The position numbers and the translations under genes were made by a program. Under the pieces are notes generated by a model. That model did no database searches, had not been told where the DNA came from, and saw nothing but the letters and a program-made list of their open reading frames with translations. Source: a virus. From it: a stretch of 64,000 bases of DNA. The stretch lies in the UHGV virus genome UHGV-2025275; one strand, written 5' to 3'. Position 1 is the stretch's first letter. Each line of letters starts with the position of its first letter. This document shows positions 19,276 to 28,865 of this stretch, one piece after another.

Positions 19276-19611
19276 TTAAGACTCAAAAACCTGTCTAAAT
19301 GTTGCCGTAAGCACTTGATAACCGGGGTAACGCTTTACCGTATGGCTGTCACAAACCACGATAATTGCTTTGCCTCTTGGGTTAGTCCAAATAAATGACT
19401 CCACCCCAGCGCGGGCAGTCAAAAAGTCATCAACGTCGTTTACCACGTCATGGCTACGGGTGAACGTGAGAGACCACTCTTCTTTAATCCGATTGAGCCC
19501 CTGCGACTGGCGCTGCTCGTAATCGTCGCCGTAGTTCAGCACGGTCACGTTAGGCTTTACGGTTTTCTCAGACTCATAATCTGGATACCAATTAAATACT
19601 TTCCTCGACAT
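19276..19611 (-). CDS. M: Minor tail protein M (lambda gpM-like)
   Basis: 112 aa from the ATG at 19611 (MSRKVFNWYPDY...), with an AAGGAAG RBS. Size and position match lambda M (109 aa). The longer track ORF overlaps H. Confidence 0.75.
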   Translation of the reverse strand: MSRKVFNWYPDYESEKTVKPNVTVLNYGDDYEQRQSQGLNRIKEEWSLTFTRSHDVVNDVDDFLTARAGVESFIWTNPRGKAIIVVCDSHTVKRYPGYQVLTATFRQVFES

Positions 19612-19654
19612 ATCACTTCCTTGTGATGGCCGCCCGCTAAGGCGGCCGGCTTTA

Positions 19655-22600
19655 CTACCCTCTGGTGGTATGCGGATTAAGTGAACCACCAGAACGTTTC
19701 TCTTCGGCAATCGTCTCAAGCACAATCGACTTGATTTGCCGTGCTGCGCCGTTCCAGAGACTGCTCTCGCTTCCACTGCTGCTCTCGCTGGTTCGGCCAT
19801 CCTTGGTTACATTGATCTGAATCGAGACAGGTGACACCGCATTACCCGTACTCTTTCCACCTGACTCTGCAGAAAGTGTGACTGGAATGGTTCGACCATC
19901 TGGCAGCGGTACGTAAGCCTCATTCATTGAGCCCTCGCCAAACATCGCCAACTGCGGTGAGGTGGCGATTCCGCCTTTCTGATAGGCTCTCAGAGGTACA
20001 ACCCCTTCCTTGCCAAAGATGCCGCCATTGGCGTGTTTCTTCACATTAGGCTTTGGCTCAGATGAAGACGATGAAGCTGACCCAGCCCAGGCGGATACTG
20101 CGGTACTGGCCAGTGACAGACCGAAATTCAGCCAACGGCTGGACGAACTCGACGACGAAGCACCTACCATGGCGAATGTAGCTGCCAGCGCCCCAGCCGC
20201 GGTAGACAGATTCCCCATACTGAGGATGCTGCTGTTAACCGCTTTGGTTTGATCTTTCGTAGCGTCAGTACCGGTGAACAATGACTTAGTCCAGTCCCAG
20301 ACGCCATTCACCGCCTGACTTAAACCACTGGCCGCATTCTGAGACGCTTGCCCCATAGAGTTCACGCCGGAGGCTGTCTCCTTAGTGGCCTCGCCGACAG
20401 ATTTATCCCCATTGGCCACCGACACACCAGAATTACCTAGCTGAACCCCTTGATTAGCGATCGCAGACGCTACGCCATTCATGAGATTTCCACTTTGTGC
20501 ATTGCCAGCGTTTGTCGTTCCCATTCCCAACATATTCATGAGAGGCAAAGTGATCTGAGTCTTCACGACCATGTTAGTGATGTCTTTAAGGAACGATGTG
20601 GCCAGACTGGAGATGCTCATCTTCCCGTTAACAACAAAGTCAGTAAGCGTGTCAGTTAAACCGCTAAACAGATCTGTCCAGGTACCTTCGATCTGGTCAG
20701 CCAGGTTTTCATATTCCAGAGCCAACTGCTGGGTCGCTGTGCCTGTTTGCTTAATCAGCGCATTATTGCCAGCGGCCACCAGCTGATTAAGCTGCTTGTT
20801 GTAAAGCGAGATGATTTTCGGGTCAGTCGCCTTATCACGCAGCTCGATCAGCGCCTTAAGATTGCGGTTGTAGGTATCCGAAAACTCGGCAGCCTTCTCC
20901 TCATGGCTTTGCATCAAGCCTGCGCTGATAATCGAATCCGATTCCGGCGCCCAAGCGCTGATCATTTGCTCGACGTTGCGGCGATTAAACATTTCACGGT
21001 ATTCGGGGGTAGCGTTCCTCAAATCCGCGAGACGTTTTTTAGCCTGGTCAACCATCTCCTGCGAGATAAACTCGTTAGGCGTGGCGTTTGCAAGATCGGT
21101 TAGTGACTTAGTGACATCACGCAGCGACTGATCAAACGACACGGTGGCCTTTGAACTTTCGCCCATTTGCCCCATGAGCTGATCAGCTTTATCCAGAGCC
21201 TTCTGGAAGCCGGCAGCCAGCTTCTGTTGCGCACTTTCCTCCCTCTTCGCGGCGCGTTCAGAGGCATTCGCGGTACGCTTCCCCGCCCTCTCGGCGGCAG
21301 CAGCATCCTGTTCACGAGCTTTGGTTAGTGCGGCTATGGCGGCTGCACGCTCCTTCTCGCTCATCTTTTCCAGAGACGATGCAGTGGAGGCTTTCTGCAG
21401 GTTAAGCTGGGTTTTAAGCTGCTTCGGCCCAATGATAGGTTTTCCTTCAAAATCCATCATTGGTGTGCCATCAGGCAGCGTGCGCTGGTAAACCGCAGAG
21501 TCCATCTGGTTGCGCATGTACTGCGCGAGCGCTTTATCAGCGCCTTTGTCGCTGGTGCCCAACCCAAGCACTGTTCCCTGGTTGGTCTTCACGCCCTTCC
21601 CGGTTTTCGCCGCGTTATCGCGTTCAAACTCAGCCCGTGTCAGTTCCTGAGCAATCGTCTCCAGGTGTTCCTGATAGCCGCGAATACTGCCCTGCAGCTT
21701 CTGTACCTGTTCTGTGTTTCCTTCTTTTTTCGCCTTTTCCAGCAAATCGCTAAAATGTGCGATCTGCTTTTCAGTTGCGGTCTTGCGCGATGATAAAGAG
21801 TCGACAAGTTTCTGGGCCGGCTGCAGATAAGATTTGTTTACTGTCTCTCGCAGCGGCGCAAGCAGCTTGTTCTTCTCATCATCGGACAGTGTTTTGTCGT
21901 CATTGATCTTCTGGATTTTGTCCAGTGCCTCCTGACGCGCTTTAACAAACGTAGCTGAGAAGAGCTGATTGTCCGCCCGGATTTTCTCGATCTGGGATTC
22001 AGCAGCCTCTTTCGCCAGACGTTTGGATACAGCGCCATCCCCCAGCGCGATGGTGTCAGTGGTTCTCTTGTACTCTTCCTGATTTTTCTTCAGTCGAGCC
22101 TCAACAACCTCTTTAGACTCCTTAACGGCGACAGGGCCGGCGACTGTGGAAATGTAGTTCACACTTTCGCCAGATTTAAGCGCTTGCTGGTCCCGCTGAA
22201 TTTGCTTCTCTAGCTGCGATGCGCGCTCCGCCATTTGTGCGCGCTTGGCCGCCGTCATCGCTTCGGGGATTTTGCGAATCTCCTCAACAACTTTGGACGT
22301 TTCGTTGCGAAGCATGGTCATGTAGGTGATCAGCCCGGCAACAGCCACTGTTGCAACGGTAAACGCAGCACCAATCGGGTTTGCTGCGATAAACGCAGTC
22401 AGCCCAGCGAATGCCCCTTTCAGCCCCGTAATCGCGCCACGAATGGCAAAAATGAGCGATGGGATTGGTGCCAGTCCCATGCGTGCAGCACGATTGAAAC
22501 GAGTGACCGCCGTCGCTCCCAGCGTGAATGGTGTCTGGATTACAGTGGACATCTTCATGAAGGTGGAAAGCATCTGGCCGCCGGCGCCGACAACACCTAA

Positions 22601-24193
22601 AATGCCCGCTCTGAGCATTTTAAATGCCACCATTCCGGCGACAATTTTGCCCAGCGTAATAACCAACTCCTGATTCTTAGCCAACCATTGCGCCAGCTCG
22701 CGCAGGCCATCAATCGCGGTGGTAAGCCCCTCGCCCAATGAATTAGCGAACGAAATGCCTTCTGCGCTGTTCATTACGGCCGCCAGCTCTTTCATCCCCT
22801 TGGTCAGAGAATCAAGATATCCAGCCTGCCCTACTCGATCGGCAAACAGAGTGAAAGAGGTTTGCAGCTGCGCCAACGCACCGGTGTAGGTTTGCATCAT
22901 ATCTTTGGCGGCATTTTCGTTTTCCGCACGCAAACCAACAAACATCAATGAAAGAGCCTGTTTCGCTTCAACGGTCCCACTGGAGACGGCTTTGGTTAGC
23001 TCCCCCATCGTGATACCAGCCGCATCTGCCATAGCCTTCATCGCATTTGGAACCGCTTCACCCAATTGCTGGCGGAGCTCTTCCATCGACACAACGCCTT
23101 TACCAGACATCTGTTGGACGGCCACCGCCGCTCGCTTAAGCAACTCACTATCGCCACCAAAACGTGCGACTGAGTCCACCAGTGCCTTTAACGAGCCATC
23201 AGTAGGATCGAGCCCAGCAGAACGGAACTTCACAAATGAGTCGGTTAAAGCCTGCATCGCAAATGGGGCATTTTTAGCCATGTCCACGATGTACTGCATG
23301 TCTTGGGCGGCAGCTTCTCCAGGATTGACCTTATCCTTGTTCAACCCACGCAACATGACACGCATACGCTGCATCTCGGCCGCAGCCTCTACGATCGGCT
23401 TCTGCCAACCAAACAGGATGTCAGTGACCGTTCTGGCCGCATCCCCAATTTCCCCCAGAAGGAAAATATTGCCGCGTAATCCAGAGAAGACGCCATTTTC
23501 ACGACCACCACCGCGATGGGACGCAGCGGTAAATCGATCAGCGCCACCTCCGCTGCCTCCCCCGACCGTTGTGGTTGTTCTAACCCTGACCGGACGGCTG
23601 ATCAGCTGCTGGCTTCGAATAACGCCATCCATCTGATCTTTGACTTTTTTTAACCCCTCGGCCGCCTGGCTTGTCGTTGTTCCCCAATTACTCAGACGCT
23701 TGCTGGTCGCATTTAGTCTGGTGTTCATTCCACCAAGAGAAGTAGTGGCACCCTTGATCTCAGTGTTGAATTTACCGGCATGGTCTCCTGCGTATTTAAC
23801 CCAATCAGAAAACTCATTGAGTTCCGACTGAACCTTCCGCAATGATGCCAGGAACTTGTGCGTAGACGATGTGGCTGAATCAACGCGATCGGTGAATGTC
23901 CGCAAATCAGTGCTGATAGCGGACAGTTCACGTTGTGCCTTTCTAGAGGTGTTGGAAACGAGCTCAAAACCGGCAGCTACGTCCTGTAGTTTGTCTGCCG
24001 TAGAATTGAGTCTGGTTTCAAGAGCGCCAAGAATGCTGGAGACCGAACCCAGAGAGCGCTCGAGGTTTTTAATTTTTTGAGCCGGTTTGGTAGCCCGCTC
24101 GCCAAATTTGGTAAGTAATTTACCCGCCCGGTCGATTGACGCCGTAAACTGTTTGTCTTCCAGCGACAGGATAAACTCTACGTTTTGTGACAT
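19655..24193 (-). CDS. H: Tape measure protein (lambda gpH-like), about 1513 aa
   Basis: Huge alpha-helical, Ala/Gly/Gln-rich protein between G/GT and M. The C-terminus has a glycine-rich segment. Start taken at MSQNVEF...; the track start 7 codons upstream is a TTG. Confidence 0.85.
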   Translation of the reverse strand: MSQNVEFILSLEDKQFTASIDRAGKLLTKFGERATKPAQKIKNLERSLGSVSSILGALETRLNSTADKLQDVAAGFELVSNTSRKAQRELSAISTDLRTFTDRVDSATSSTHKFLASLRKVQSELNEFSDWVKYAGDHAGKFNTEIKGATTSLGGMNTRLNATSKRLSNWGTTTSQAAEGLKKVKDQMDGVIRSQQLISRPVRVRTTTTVGGGSGGGADRFTAASHRGGGRENGVFSGLRGNIFLLGEIGDAARTVTDILFGWQKPIVEAAAEMQRMRVMLRGLNKDKVNPGEAAAQDMQYIVDMAKNAPFAMQALTDSFVKFRSAGLDPTDGSLKALVDSVARFGGDSELLKRAAVAVQQMSGKGVVSMEELRQQLGEAVPNAMKAMADAAGITMGELTKAVSSGTVEAKQALSLMFVGLRAENENAAKDMMQTYTGALAQLQTSFTLFADRVGQAGYLDSLTKGMKELAAVMNSAEGISFANSLGEGLTTAIDGLRELAQWLAKNQELVITLGKIVAGMVAFKMLRAGILGVVGAGGQMLSTFMKMSTVIQTPFTLGATAVTRFNRAARMGLAPIPSLIFAIRGAITGLKGAFAGLTAFIAANPIGAAFTVATVAVAGLITYMTMLRNETSKVVEEIRKIPEAMTAAKRAQMAERASQLEKQIQRDQQALKSGESVNYISTVAGPVAVKESKEVVEARLKKNQEEYKRTTDTIALGDGAVSKRLAKEAAESQIEKIRADNQLFSATFVKARQEALDKIQKINDDKTLSDDEKNKLLAPLRETVNKSYLQPAQKLVDSLSSRKTATEKQIAHFSDLLEKAKKEGNTEQVQKLQGSIRGYQEHLETIAQELTRAEFERDNAAKTGKGVKTNQGTVLGLGTSDKGADKALAQYMRNQMDSAVYQRTLPDGTPMMDFEGKPIIGPKQLKTQLNLQKASTASSLEKMSEKERAAAIAALTKAREQDAAAAERAGKRTANASERAAKREESAQQKLAAGFQKALDKADQLMGQMGESSKATVSFDQSLRDVTKSLTDLANATPNEFISQEMVDQAKKRLADLRNATPEYREMFNRRNVEQMISAWAPESDSIISAGLMQSHEEKAAEFSDTYNRNLKALIELRDKATDPKIISLYNKQLNQLVAAGNNALIKQTGTATQQLALEYENLADQIEGTWTDLFSGLTDTLTDFVVNGKMSISSLATSFLKDITNMVVKTQITLPLMNMLGMGTTNAGNAQSGNLMNGVASAIANQGVQLGNSGVSVANGDKSVGEATKETASGVNSMGQASQNAASGLSQAVNGVWDWTKSLFTGTDATKDQTKAVNSSILSMGNLSTAAGALAATFAMVGASSSSSSSRWLNFGLSLASTAVSAWAGSASSSSSEPKPNVKKHANGGIFGKEGVVPLRAYQKGGIATSPQLAMFGEGSMNEAYVPLPDGRTIPVTLSAESGGKSTGNAVSPVSIQINVTKDGRTSESSSGSESSLWNGAARQIKSIVLETIAEEKRSGGSLNPHTTRG

Positions 24194-24200
24194 TCCCTTG

Positions 24201-24868
24201 TCATCCTCTGCCAAAAATTTGCATCAGCTGCTCTTTGGCGTCGGGGTCTGCCTTATCCATATGCGGACGGTAGACTTTATCAGTAACGACTGGCCTTCCA
24301 ATCCTGAGTTGCAAACCCTCCATGAACGCCTTAACGCCATCGCCATCCGCTTGGGCGACGCGGGCGACCTGCAGATTGCGGACATCCTCTTCCGCTCGCA
24401 GACGATCGATATTGCGGCTGAGCATCCAGAACATGGTCAATGGGACACTCAGTAGCTCTGTTGGCGATACGGCGTAGTGAGCAACTACACGACTGAAATA
24501 GAATCCGAGATCTATCGAAACGGTCTTTACCCCGGATTCATCGCGGGATATTACTTTGCCCCTTCGCCAGCCGCTTTTTCGTTCTCTTCATCAATCACTT
24601 CCATGGCGAAGGTGAAGATCTGCTGGAGTTGCTGGACAGTCAGTTTTTCCAGAACGGAGTCAGGTACTGACGGAATGACTTTGCGTACCAGTTCTGCGTA
24701 GGCAGTTACCTGGTCGACGGGAGACATATTCATGAGGTCTTTGTCTTCCATCTGCTTGATAGAAACAAAGAGGCCGACGGTCATTTCAACGATGGGATAT
24801 TCTTTGCCACCAAATTTGATGCTTTTTTTCGGCGGCAGAATGGAGTCGAGATCGAGTAATTTGGTCAT
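24201..24868 (-). CDS. GT: Tail assembly chaperone GT fusion made by a predicted -1 frameshift; the T part is 24201-24578 in the -1 frame
   Basis: I translated the -1 frame by hand. It is open from 24587 down to 24201 and overlaps the G 3' end. The putative slip site is GAA-AAA-G (5 A's, + coordinates 24574-24580) about 8 codons before the G stop. The product would read ...EENEK-SGWRRGKVISRDESGVKTV.... The heptamer is non-canonical. Confidence 0.5.
24551..24868 (-). CDS. G: Tail assembly chaperone G
   Basis: 105 aa, acidic C-terminus, located between V and H as in lambda. Confidence 0.65.
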   Translation of the reverse strand: MTKLLDLDSILPPKKSIKFGGKEYPIVEMTVGLFVSIKQMEDKDLMNMSPVDQVTAYAELVRKVIPSVPDSVLEKLTVQQLQQIFTFAMEVIDEENEKAAGEGAK

Positions 24869-24929
24869 GGTTTAAATCCTTTTAAACTCATACAGAGGCC
24901 CATCCATGGGCCTCTTGGGTTATCACAAT

Positions 24930-25676
24930 TTAGCTTGCGGCAGTTACAGAGACGGCTTTGGTCGCCTTCTTGGCACCGTCATTAGTTGTGAAGGTGATAT
25001 TGGCTGAACCGACAGCTTTACCAGTTACCAGTCCGTTCTGATCTACGGTCGCTTTATCAGTCGCATCAGAGCTCCACACGCCAGTCTTATTGGTTGCATC
25101 GGCCGGGGTGAAGGTTGCGCTCAATTGAACTTTAGCGCCCACTTTTACGGTCGGTGAAGACGGGGTCAGCGTGACGCTCTCAACCGGCTTTGGGAGGCTC
25201 ATTTTCCCCAACACGCCAGCGTCGTCCGGGTAAGCGGAAAACTCAACTGAGAACACGCGAACGTCGTCAGACTGGTAGGTCATGGTGAAGTTACCCGCGG
25301 TTGCTGCTTTAGGGATGGTCAGAACATAATCCGTCGCATCCTGCGGGGTCAGCACCAACTCTTTCGCAACGTCGATCAGGTTCACTCCCTGCGCAGACGT
25401 GATGGTTACGGTATCTTCGCCAGAACTCAGCGTGGAACCTGGCATCAGATCGACCATGTTTTTCAACACGGATTCAGCCAGCGGCGCAGTAATGGTGATG
25501 TTGCGGCCCTGGATCAGCTCGGAGATCGTGGTCTGGCCCAGCTGGTCTACGGTCACTTTCAGCGTTTCGGTTGCGATTTCAACCTGAACACCGCCTTTGG
25601 TGTAACCCAGATCCACGCCACCAAACGACACCTTGCAGGCGCCAAGCTTGATGTTTTTAACATGGGTATTGGACAT
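24930..25676 (-). CDS. V: Major tail tube protein (gpV-like) with a C-terminal Ig-like (Big_2) domain
   Basis: 248 aa. The C-terminal roughly 90 aa (VTLTPSSPTVKVGAKVQLSATFTPADATNKTGVWSSD...) is a typical Big_2 Ig-like domain, as on lambda V. Confidence 0.8.
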   Translation of the reverse strand: MSNTHVKNIKLGACKVSFGGVDLGYTKGGVQVEIATETLKVTVDQLGQTTISELIQGRNITITAPLAESVLKNMVDLMPGSTLSSGEDTVTITSAQGVNLIDVAKELVLTPQDATDYVLTIPKAATAGNFTMTYQSDDVRVFSVEFSAYPDDAGVLGKMSLPKPVESVTLTPSSPTVKVGAKVQLSATFTPADATNKTGVWSSDATDKATVDQNGLVTGKAVGSANITFTTNDGAKKATKAVSVTAAS

Positions 25677-25723
25677 TATTGGAAAACTCCTTTTTCCGTT
25701 AAAACAGTGTCATTCCGACACAC

Positions 25724-25748
25724 AATAGTAAGTATATACTTACTTATT
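25724..25748. repeat. Dispersed palindrome family copy (AATAGTAAGTATATACTTACTTATT)
   Basis: Near-palindrome in the intergenic region between V and the upstream gene. Confidence 0.75.
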
Positions 25749-26223
25749 TATTCAGTTCAATAAAGTACCCGGCAAATTCAAGTGGAATCCCCGTTTCAAT
25801 AAGCGATCCGTCATTTATTGGGTACGTTATTGGCATCGCCATCGGCCTAACCATTTTGAAGAATACCCCGTCAGACTCTACGTTGCTAACAGGAAGGATA
25901 TCCATGATTTTGTTTGCCATTTCAACAGATTTTGTAATACTCGCATTGCGAACTACTATCGTGAATGAGTCGAAGTAAAAACCCTGCAAATCCGGATCGA
26001 TGGTTATGCCTGTATTGGGATTAATCAGCAAGATGCCAGACTTAACTTTTGCTGGCATATAGTGACAGAAAATGTCTGTCCCTACTTTTCCAAGCCCATT
26101 TTTCTGTATCAATTTTGCGAATGCTTCTACAAACACATCAACCTCGCGTAAATCCTGCTTTTCTGGCGGCTTCCATGATCGTCTGCGAAAATTGCTTTTC
26201 GCTGATCTGAGTCGCTCGCTCAA
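25744..26223 (-). CDS. Putative tail terminator / tail completion protein (by position); the start is uncertain
   Basis: 159-aa ORF immediately upstream of V. Its 5' end overlaps the preceding gene by about 85 nt, so the true start may be internal. Confidence 0.4.
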   Translation of the reverse strand: MSERLRSAKSNFRRRSWKPPEKQDLREVDVFVEAFAKLIQKNGLGKVGTDIFCHYMPAKVKSGILLINPNTGITIDPDLQGFYFDSFTIVVRNASITKSVEMANKIMDILPVSNVESDGVFFKMVRPMAMPITYPINDGSLIETGIPLEFAGYFIELNK

Positions 26224-26611
26224 GGAAATATGGGCCCACTTTAGGCTTCACGCCGGCGACAGGAGGGTTGGTAACATTCTTCATACGAGACAAATAACCA
26301 AGACGGTACTTACCAAGCTCCATGTATTTGGCATAGTCCCCCACCTCAACGCCTGGATGCCCTTCGCGCTGCTTTGCGCCTGATACGGAAAGCTCAATAC
26401 GAAGTCCCGCGTATCCTTCTTTTACAACCCGCGCAAAAATGGCGCTCTCCAGCGATCCGGTTTCAAGCGGGGCCATGGCTCGTGCCAGTCGTTCAACCAG
26501 ACGCGCCAGCTTTTCCATGTCCCTGATTAGGTATCGCTTGAACGCTTTCTGGCTGTTATTAAGTCTGGCGCCGGCACGCTTAAACTGGTGTGCGTCATAT
26601 TTCAAACCCAT
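26138..26611 (-). CDS. Head-tail connector / neck protein (by position)
   Basis: 157-aa ORF in the head-to-tail joining block; family not recognised with confidence. Confidence 0.4.
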   Translation of the reverse strand: MGLKYDAHQFKRAGARLNNSQKAFKRYLIRDMEKLARLVERLARAMAPLETGSLESAIFARVVKEGYAGLRIELSVSGAKQREGHPGVEVGDYAKYMELGKYRLGYLSRMKNVTNPPVAGVKPKVGPYFLERATQISEKQFSQTIMEAARKAGFTRG

Positions 26612-27060
26612 ATATTCGCCCCCAGCTCAAGATGCCCAGGGCGGCCACGTAGTCCCCATCGCCGATGTACGCTTGAGACCTTCAGCTTCTGTCCCTCCAG
26701 CACAAGAACGTCATCGAGTTGAACAGCGGCTTCAAGTGGAACAATAAGTACTGCGTCAAACAACTCCAGCGCCGCCTTTCCGCGACTTCCAGAGCTATCT
26801 GCCCTGACGGACGATTTTTCATTGCTCTGTTCAAATTTAACGATGCCTACTTTCGTCTTCCTGACGAACTGCAATTGCGCTTCACCGTAGACGTTTTTGG
26901 AACCAAACCGGTAGATCGACAATTCGGCTTGCCACGAAATATTCATCCACTCTCCTTCTGTGAAGTCGTCGCACTCATTACCAGGCGGAGGCGCGGTTTC
27001 CCGTCTTTGGCCTGTCGACCAGAAGTAAAGAGCACGACGTGTGTTACGCACGACGAACAA
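26602..27060 (-). CDS. Head-tail connector protein (by position)
   Basis: 152-aa ORF; the start may be the internal MNISWQ.... Confidence 0.35.
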   Translation of the reverse strand: MFVVRNTRRALYFWSTGQRRETAPPPGNECDDFTEGEWMNISWQAELSIYRFGSKNVYGEAQLQFVRKTKVGIVKFEQSNEKSSVRADSSGSRGKAALELFDAVLIVPLEAAVQLDDVLVLEGQKLKVSSVHRRWGLRGRPGHLELGANIWV

Positions 27061-27880
27061 TCATCCGATTGTTGATGTAACTAATAAGCAATCGCCAAGT
27101 GCTGCGAGCCACACGGACATTCGCCACTTTGCTTGTGCGGTACATATTGGTTGTTTCACCGATAGATTCAGACAAAATGCCGTCTTCACGCGCACTCGCA
27201 ATATCGTTGCCATTGGCGATCTCGCATGCCTCATTAACGGTGGCCAGAAGCAGCGCCTCTTTAAAGTAGTCTGGCAACTCCGCAAACTGCTCCGAAGTGA
27301 TCCGTTCCCAGTCCACCAAATCCTGCCGATACACGCCGTCAGCCCCCCAGGGAATGTCATAGACATTCAGCATGTTTTGGGGACGGTCATACCGGTCGAA
27401 ATCGATGCGCAAGATCCTCCGGATAGAGAAAGGTAATGTTTTGATTCGCCGTGTCGCTTCGATTAACCGCTTGCGCATCAAACCCTCTCCATCAGCCAGC
27501 AATGTATCTCCATTGATCATATCAATGGCCTGCATTTGAGCATCGGCTACGGTGGCAAACGACTGACCCGGGACGGATAGTACAAAGCTATTAAGCAGCA
27601 CATACATCTGCCGCTCTTCGTGGGTTAACCCACCCGCTGTGGCCTTCACGATGACGTAGCGCAGATCACGCTCTTTTTCGACCAGCTGGTTATGCTCTGC
27701 TGAGACCACAACCGGTATAGACATTTGGCCTTCTGCAATATCGAGAGGCTCTTCGTCCACAAGAGTGGTGCCTGCACTATCTCGCACGGTGTAAGAGGCG
27801 GAATCGATATCCAGTACGTTAAAGGCGAAGGTCAGAGACACGATGTCTCCGCTACGAAACGTGTCGATCAGAGCCATCAC
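27044..27880 (-). CDS. Structural protein of the head-tail joining block, function unknown
   Basis: 278-aa ORF with small overlaps to its neighbours (translational coupling). Confidence 0.4.
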   Translation of the reverse strand: MMALIDTFRSGDIVSLTFAFNVLDIDSASYTVRDSAGTTLVDEEPLDIAEGQMSIPVVVSAEHNQLVEKERDLRYVIVKATAGGLTHEERQMYVLLNSFVLSVPGQSFATVADAQMQAIDMINGDTLLADGEGLMRKRLIEATRRIKTLPFSIRRILRIDFDRYDRPQNMLNVYDIPWGADGVYRQDLVDWERITSEQFAELPDYFKEALLLATVNEACEIANGNDIASAREDGILSESIGETTNMYRTSKVANVRVARSTWRLLISYINNRMIVRRA

Positions 27881-28311
27881 TCACCGCCTTGTGCTTTCAG
27901 GATGCCCTCAATCATTTCAACAATGCCCTTCGCTTTCACGCCAAGCGTGTTGCCGATCTGGCGCAGGCCGGCGATACCTTCACAGTCAGCAATGGACTCC
28001 AGCTCTTCTCGGGTGAAGCGCTGCACATCTTTTGTCTCCTCCTTCGCGACGCCACGTTTCATAGGGACAATATCAGGGGCCGTAGGCTCCACAATCTGAT
28101 CGGCCACCAGCTCGTTACGATTGCTGAAGGCAGCTGATGGAGAGACATTTTTTCCATCAATGGTTTCGGCACGCATTGAGGCGCAGATCCGCTGTTGATC
28201 GAGAAATGGCAGCTCTGCTACGGAAATGCCGTCTTTAAAATAAACGCCGCACAGGATGCCCGTGTATCCAAGGAACTGAGGTTCCAGAAGATGAATTTTT
28301 GCTGGTTTCAT
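27877..28311 (-). CDS. Head-tail adaptor-like protein (by position)
   Basis: Start taken at the ATG at 28311 (MKPAKIHLLEPQF) with an AGAGGAA RBS; the track start at 28344 is a GTG. Confidence 0.4.
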   Translation of the reverse strand: MKPAKIHLLEPQFLGYTGILCGVYFKDGISVAELPFLDQQRICASMRAETIDGKNVSPSAAFSNRNELVADQIVEPTAPDIVPMKRGVAKEETKDVQRFTREELESIADCEGIAGLRQIGNTLGVKAKGIVEMIEGILKAQGGE

Positions 28312-28358
28312 GAGTTTTCCTCTGAACAGGGTGGCCAGAGCCACCCCTTGTTACTGAA

Positions 28359-28787
28359 TCAGGCTGCAGCTGCTGTAACTTGAATAGTTGCGGTTGCTTT
28401 ATGGCTGCCGTCTGCGGTCGTGACTTCAATCGTCGCAGTCCCTTCTGCAACGCCGGTCACGAGACCAGTAGCCGCGTCAACCGTTGCAAATTCTGCATTT
28501 TTCGACGCCCAGGTAACTTTCTTGTTGGTAGCACCAGCAGGCGCCACGGTAGCCGTGAGTTGAACCGTTTTTTTCACCTCCACCGATGTCGACTTAGGAC
28601 TTACCGAGACACCAGTAACAGCGACAGTGGGCTCCAACGGAGCCGCTCGCATAGCTGCGGAGATACGGCTCTGCATGAGCTCGTTTACTGGGTGATCGGA
28701 CACCGATTTAGTGAACGAGGTACGGAACATCACCCCTGTAAAGTCGGTGAAGGCCTTTTCAGTGATCTTCATTTTTTTTTCTGACAT
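28359..28787 (-). CDS. Ig-like (Big_2) capsid decoration protein
   Basis: 142 aa; VTGVSVSPKSTSVEVKKTVQLTATVAPAGATNKKVTWASKN...TATIEVTTADGSHKATATIQVT is a Big_2 fold signature. It is immediately downstream of the capsid gene, with an AGGAG RBS. Confidence 0.7.
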   Translation of the reverse strand: MSEKKMKITEKAFTDFTGVMFRTSFTKSVSDHPVNELMQSRISAAMRAAPLEPTVAVTGVSVSPKSTSVEVKKTVQLTATVAPAGATNKKVTWASKNAEFATVDAATGLVTGVAEGTATIEVTTADGSHKATATIQVTAAAA

Positions 28788-28800
28788 TTATCGCTCCTAT

Positions 28801-28826
28801 AAAAAGGGTGGGCGTATAGCCCACCC
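28801..28826 (-). terminator. Rho-independent terminator (minus strand) between the capsid and decoration genes
   Basis: On the minus strand: GGGTGGGC uauac GCCCACCC UUUUU. It probably acts as a partial terminator setting capsid to decoration stoichiometry. Confidence 0.7.
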
Positions 28827-28836
28827 ATTCAAAATC

Positions 28837-28858
28837 AATAGGTAAGTACCTACCTATT
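28837..28858. repeat. Dispersed palindrome family copy (AATAGGTAAGTACCTACCTATT)
   Basis: Read directly; it lies between the capsid stop and the terminator. Confidence 0.8.
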
Positions 28859-28865
28859 GTTAGGA

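Noticed and set aside
22905-23636. 243-aa + ORF and neighbouring + ORFs inside the tape measure gene
   Set aside because: They are antisense to the 1519-aa tape measure frame, with Ala/Ser/Pro-rich composition from an antisense GC-rich frame.
24087-24215. Apparent 1-nt disagreement between my hand-indexing and the ORF-track start positions in this stretch; TTG/GTG starts are reported as M
   Set aside because: This is most likely my own counting error. The ORF track demonstrably uses alternative start codons (24440 is a TTG). I used the ORF-track frames and chose ATG starts with an RBS where available.
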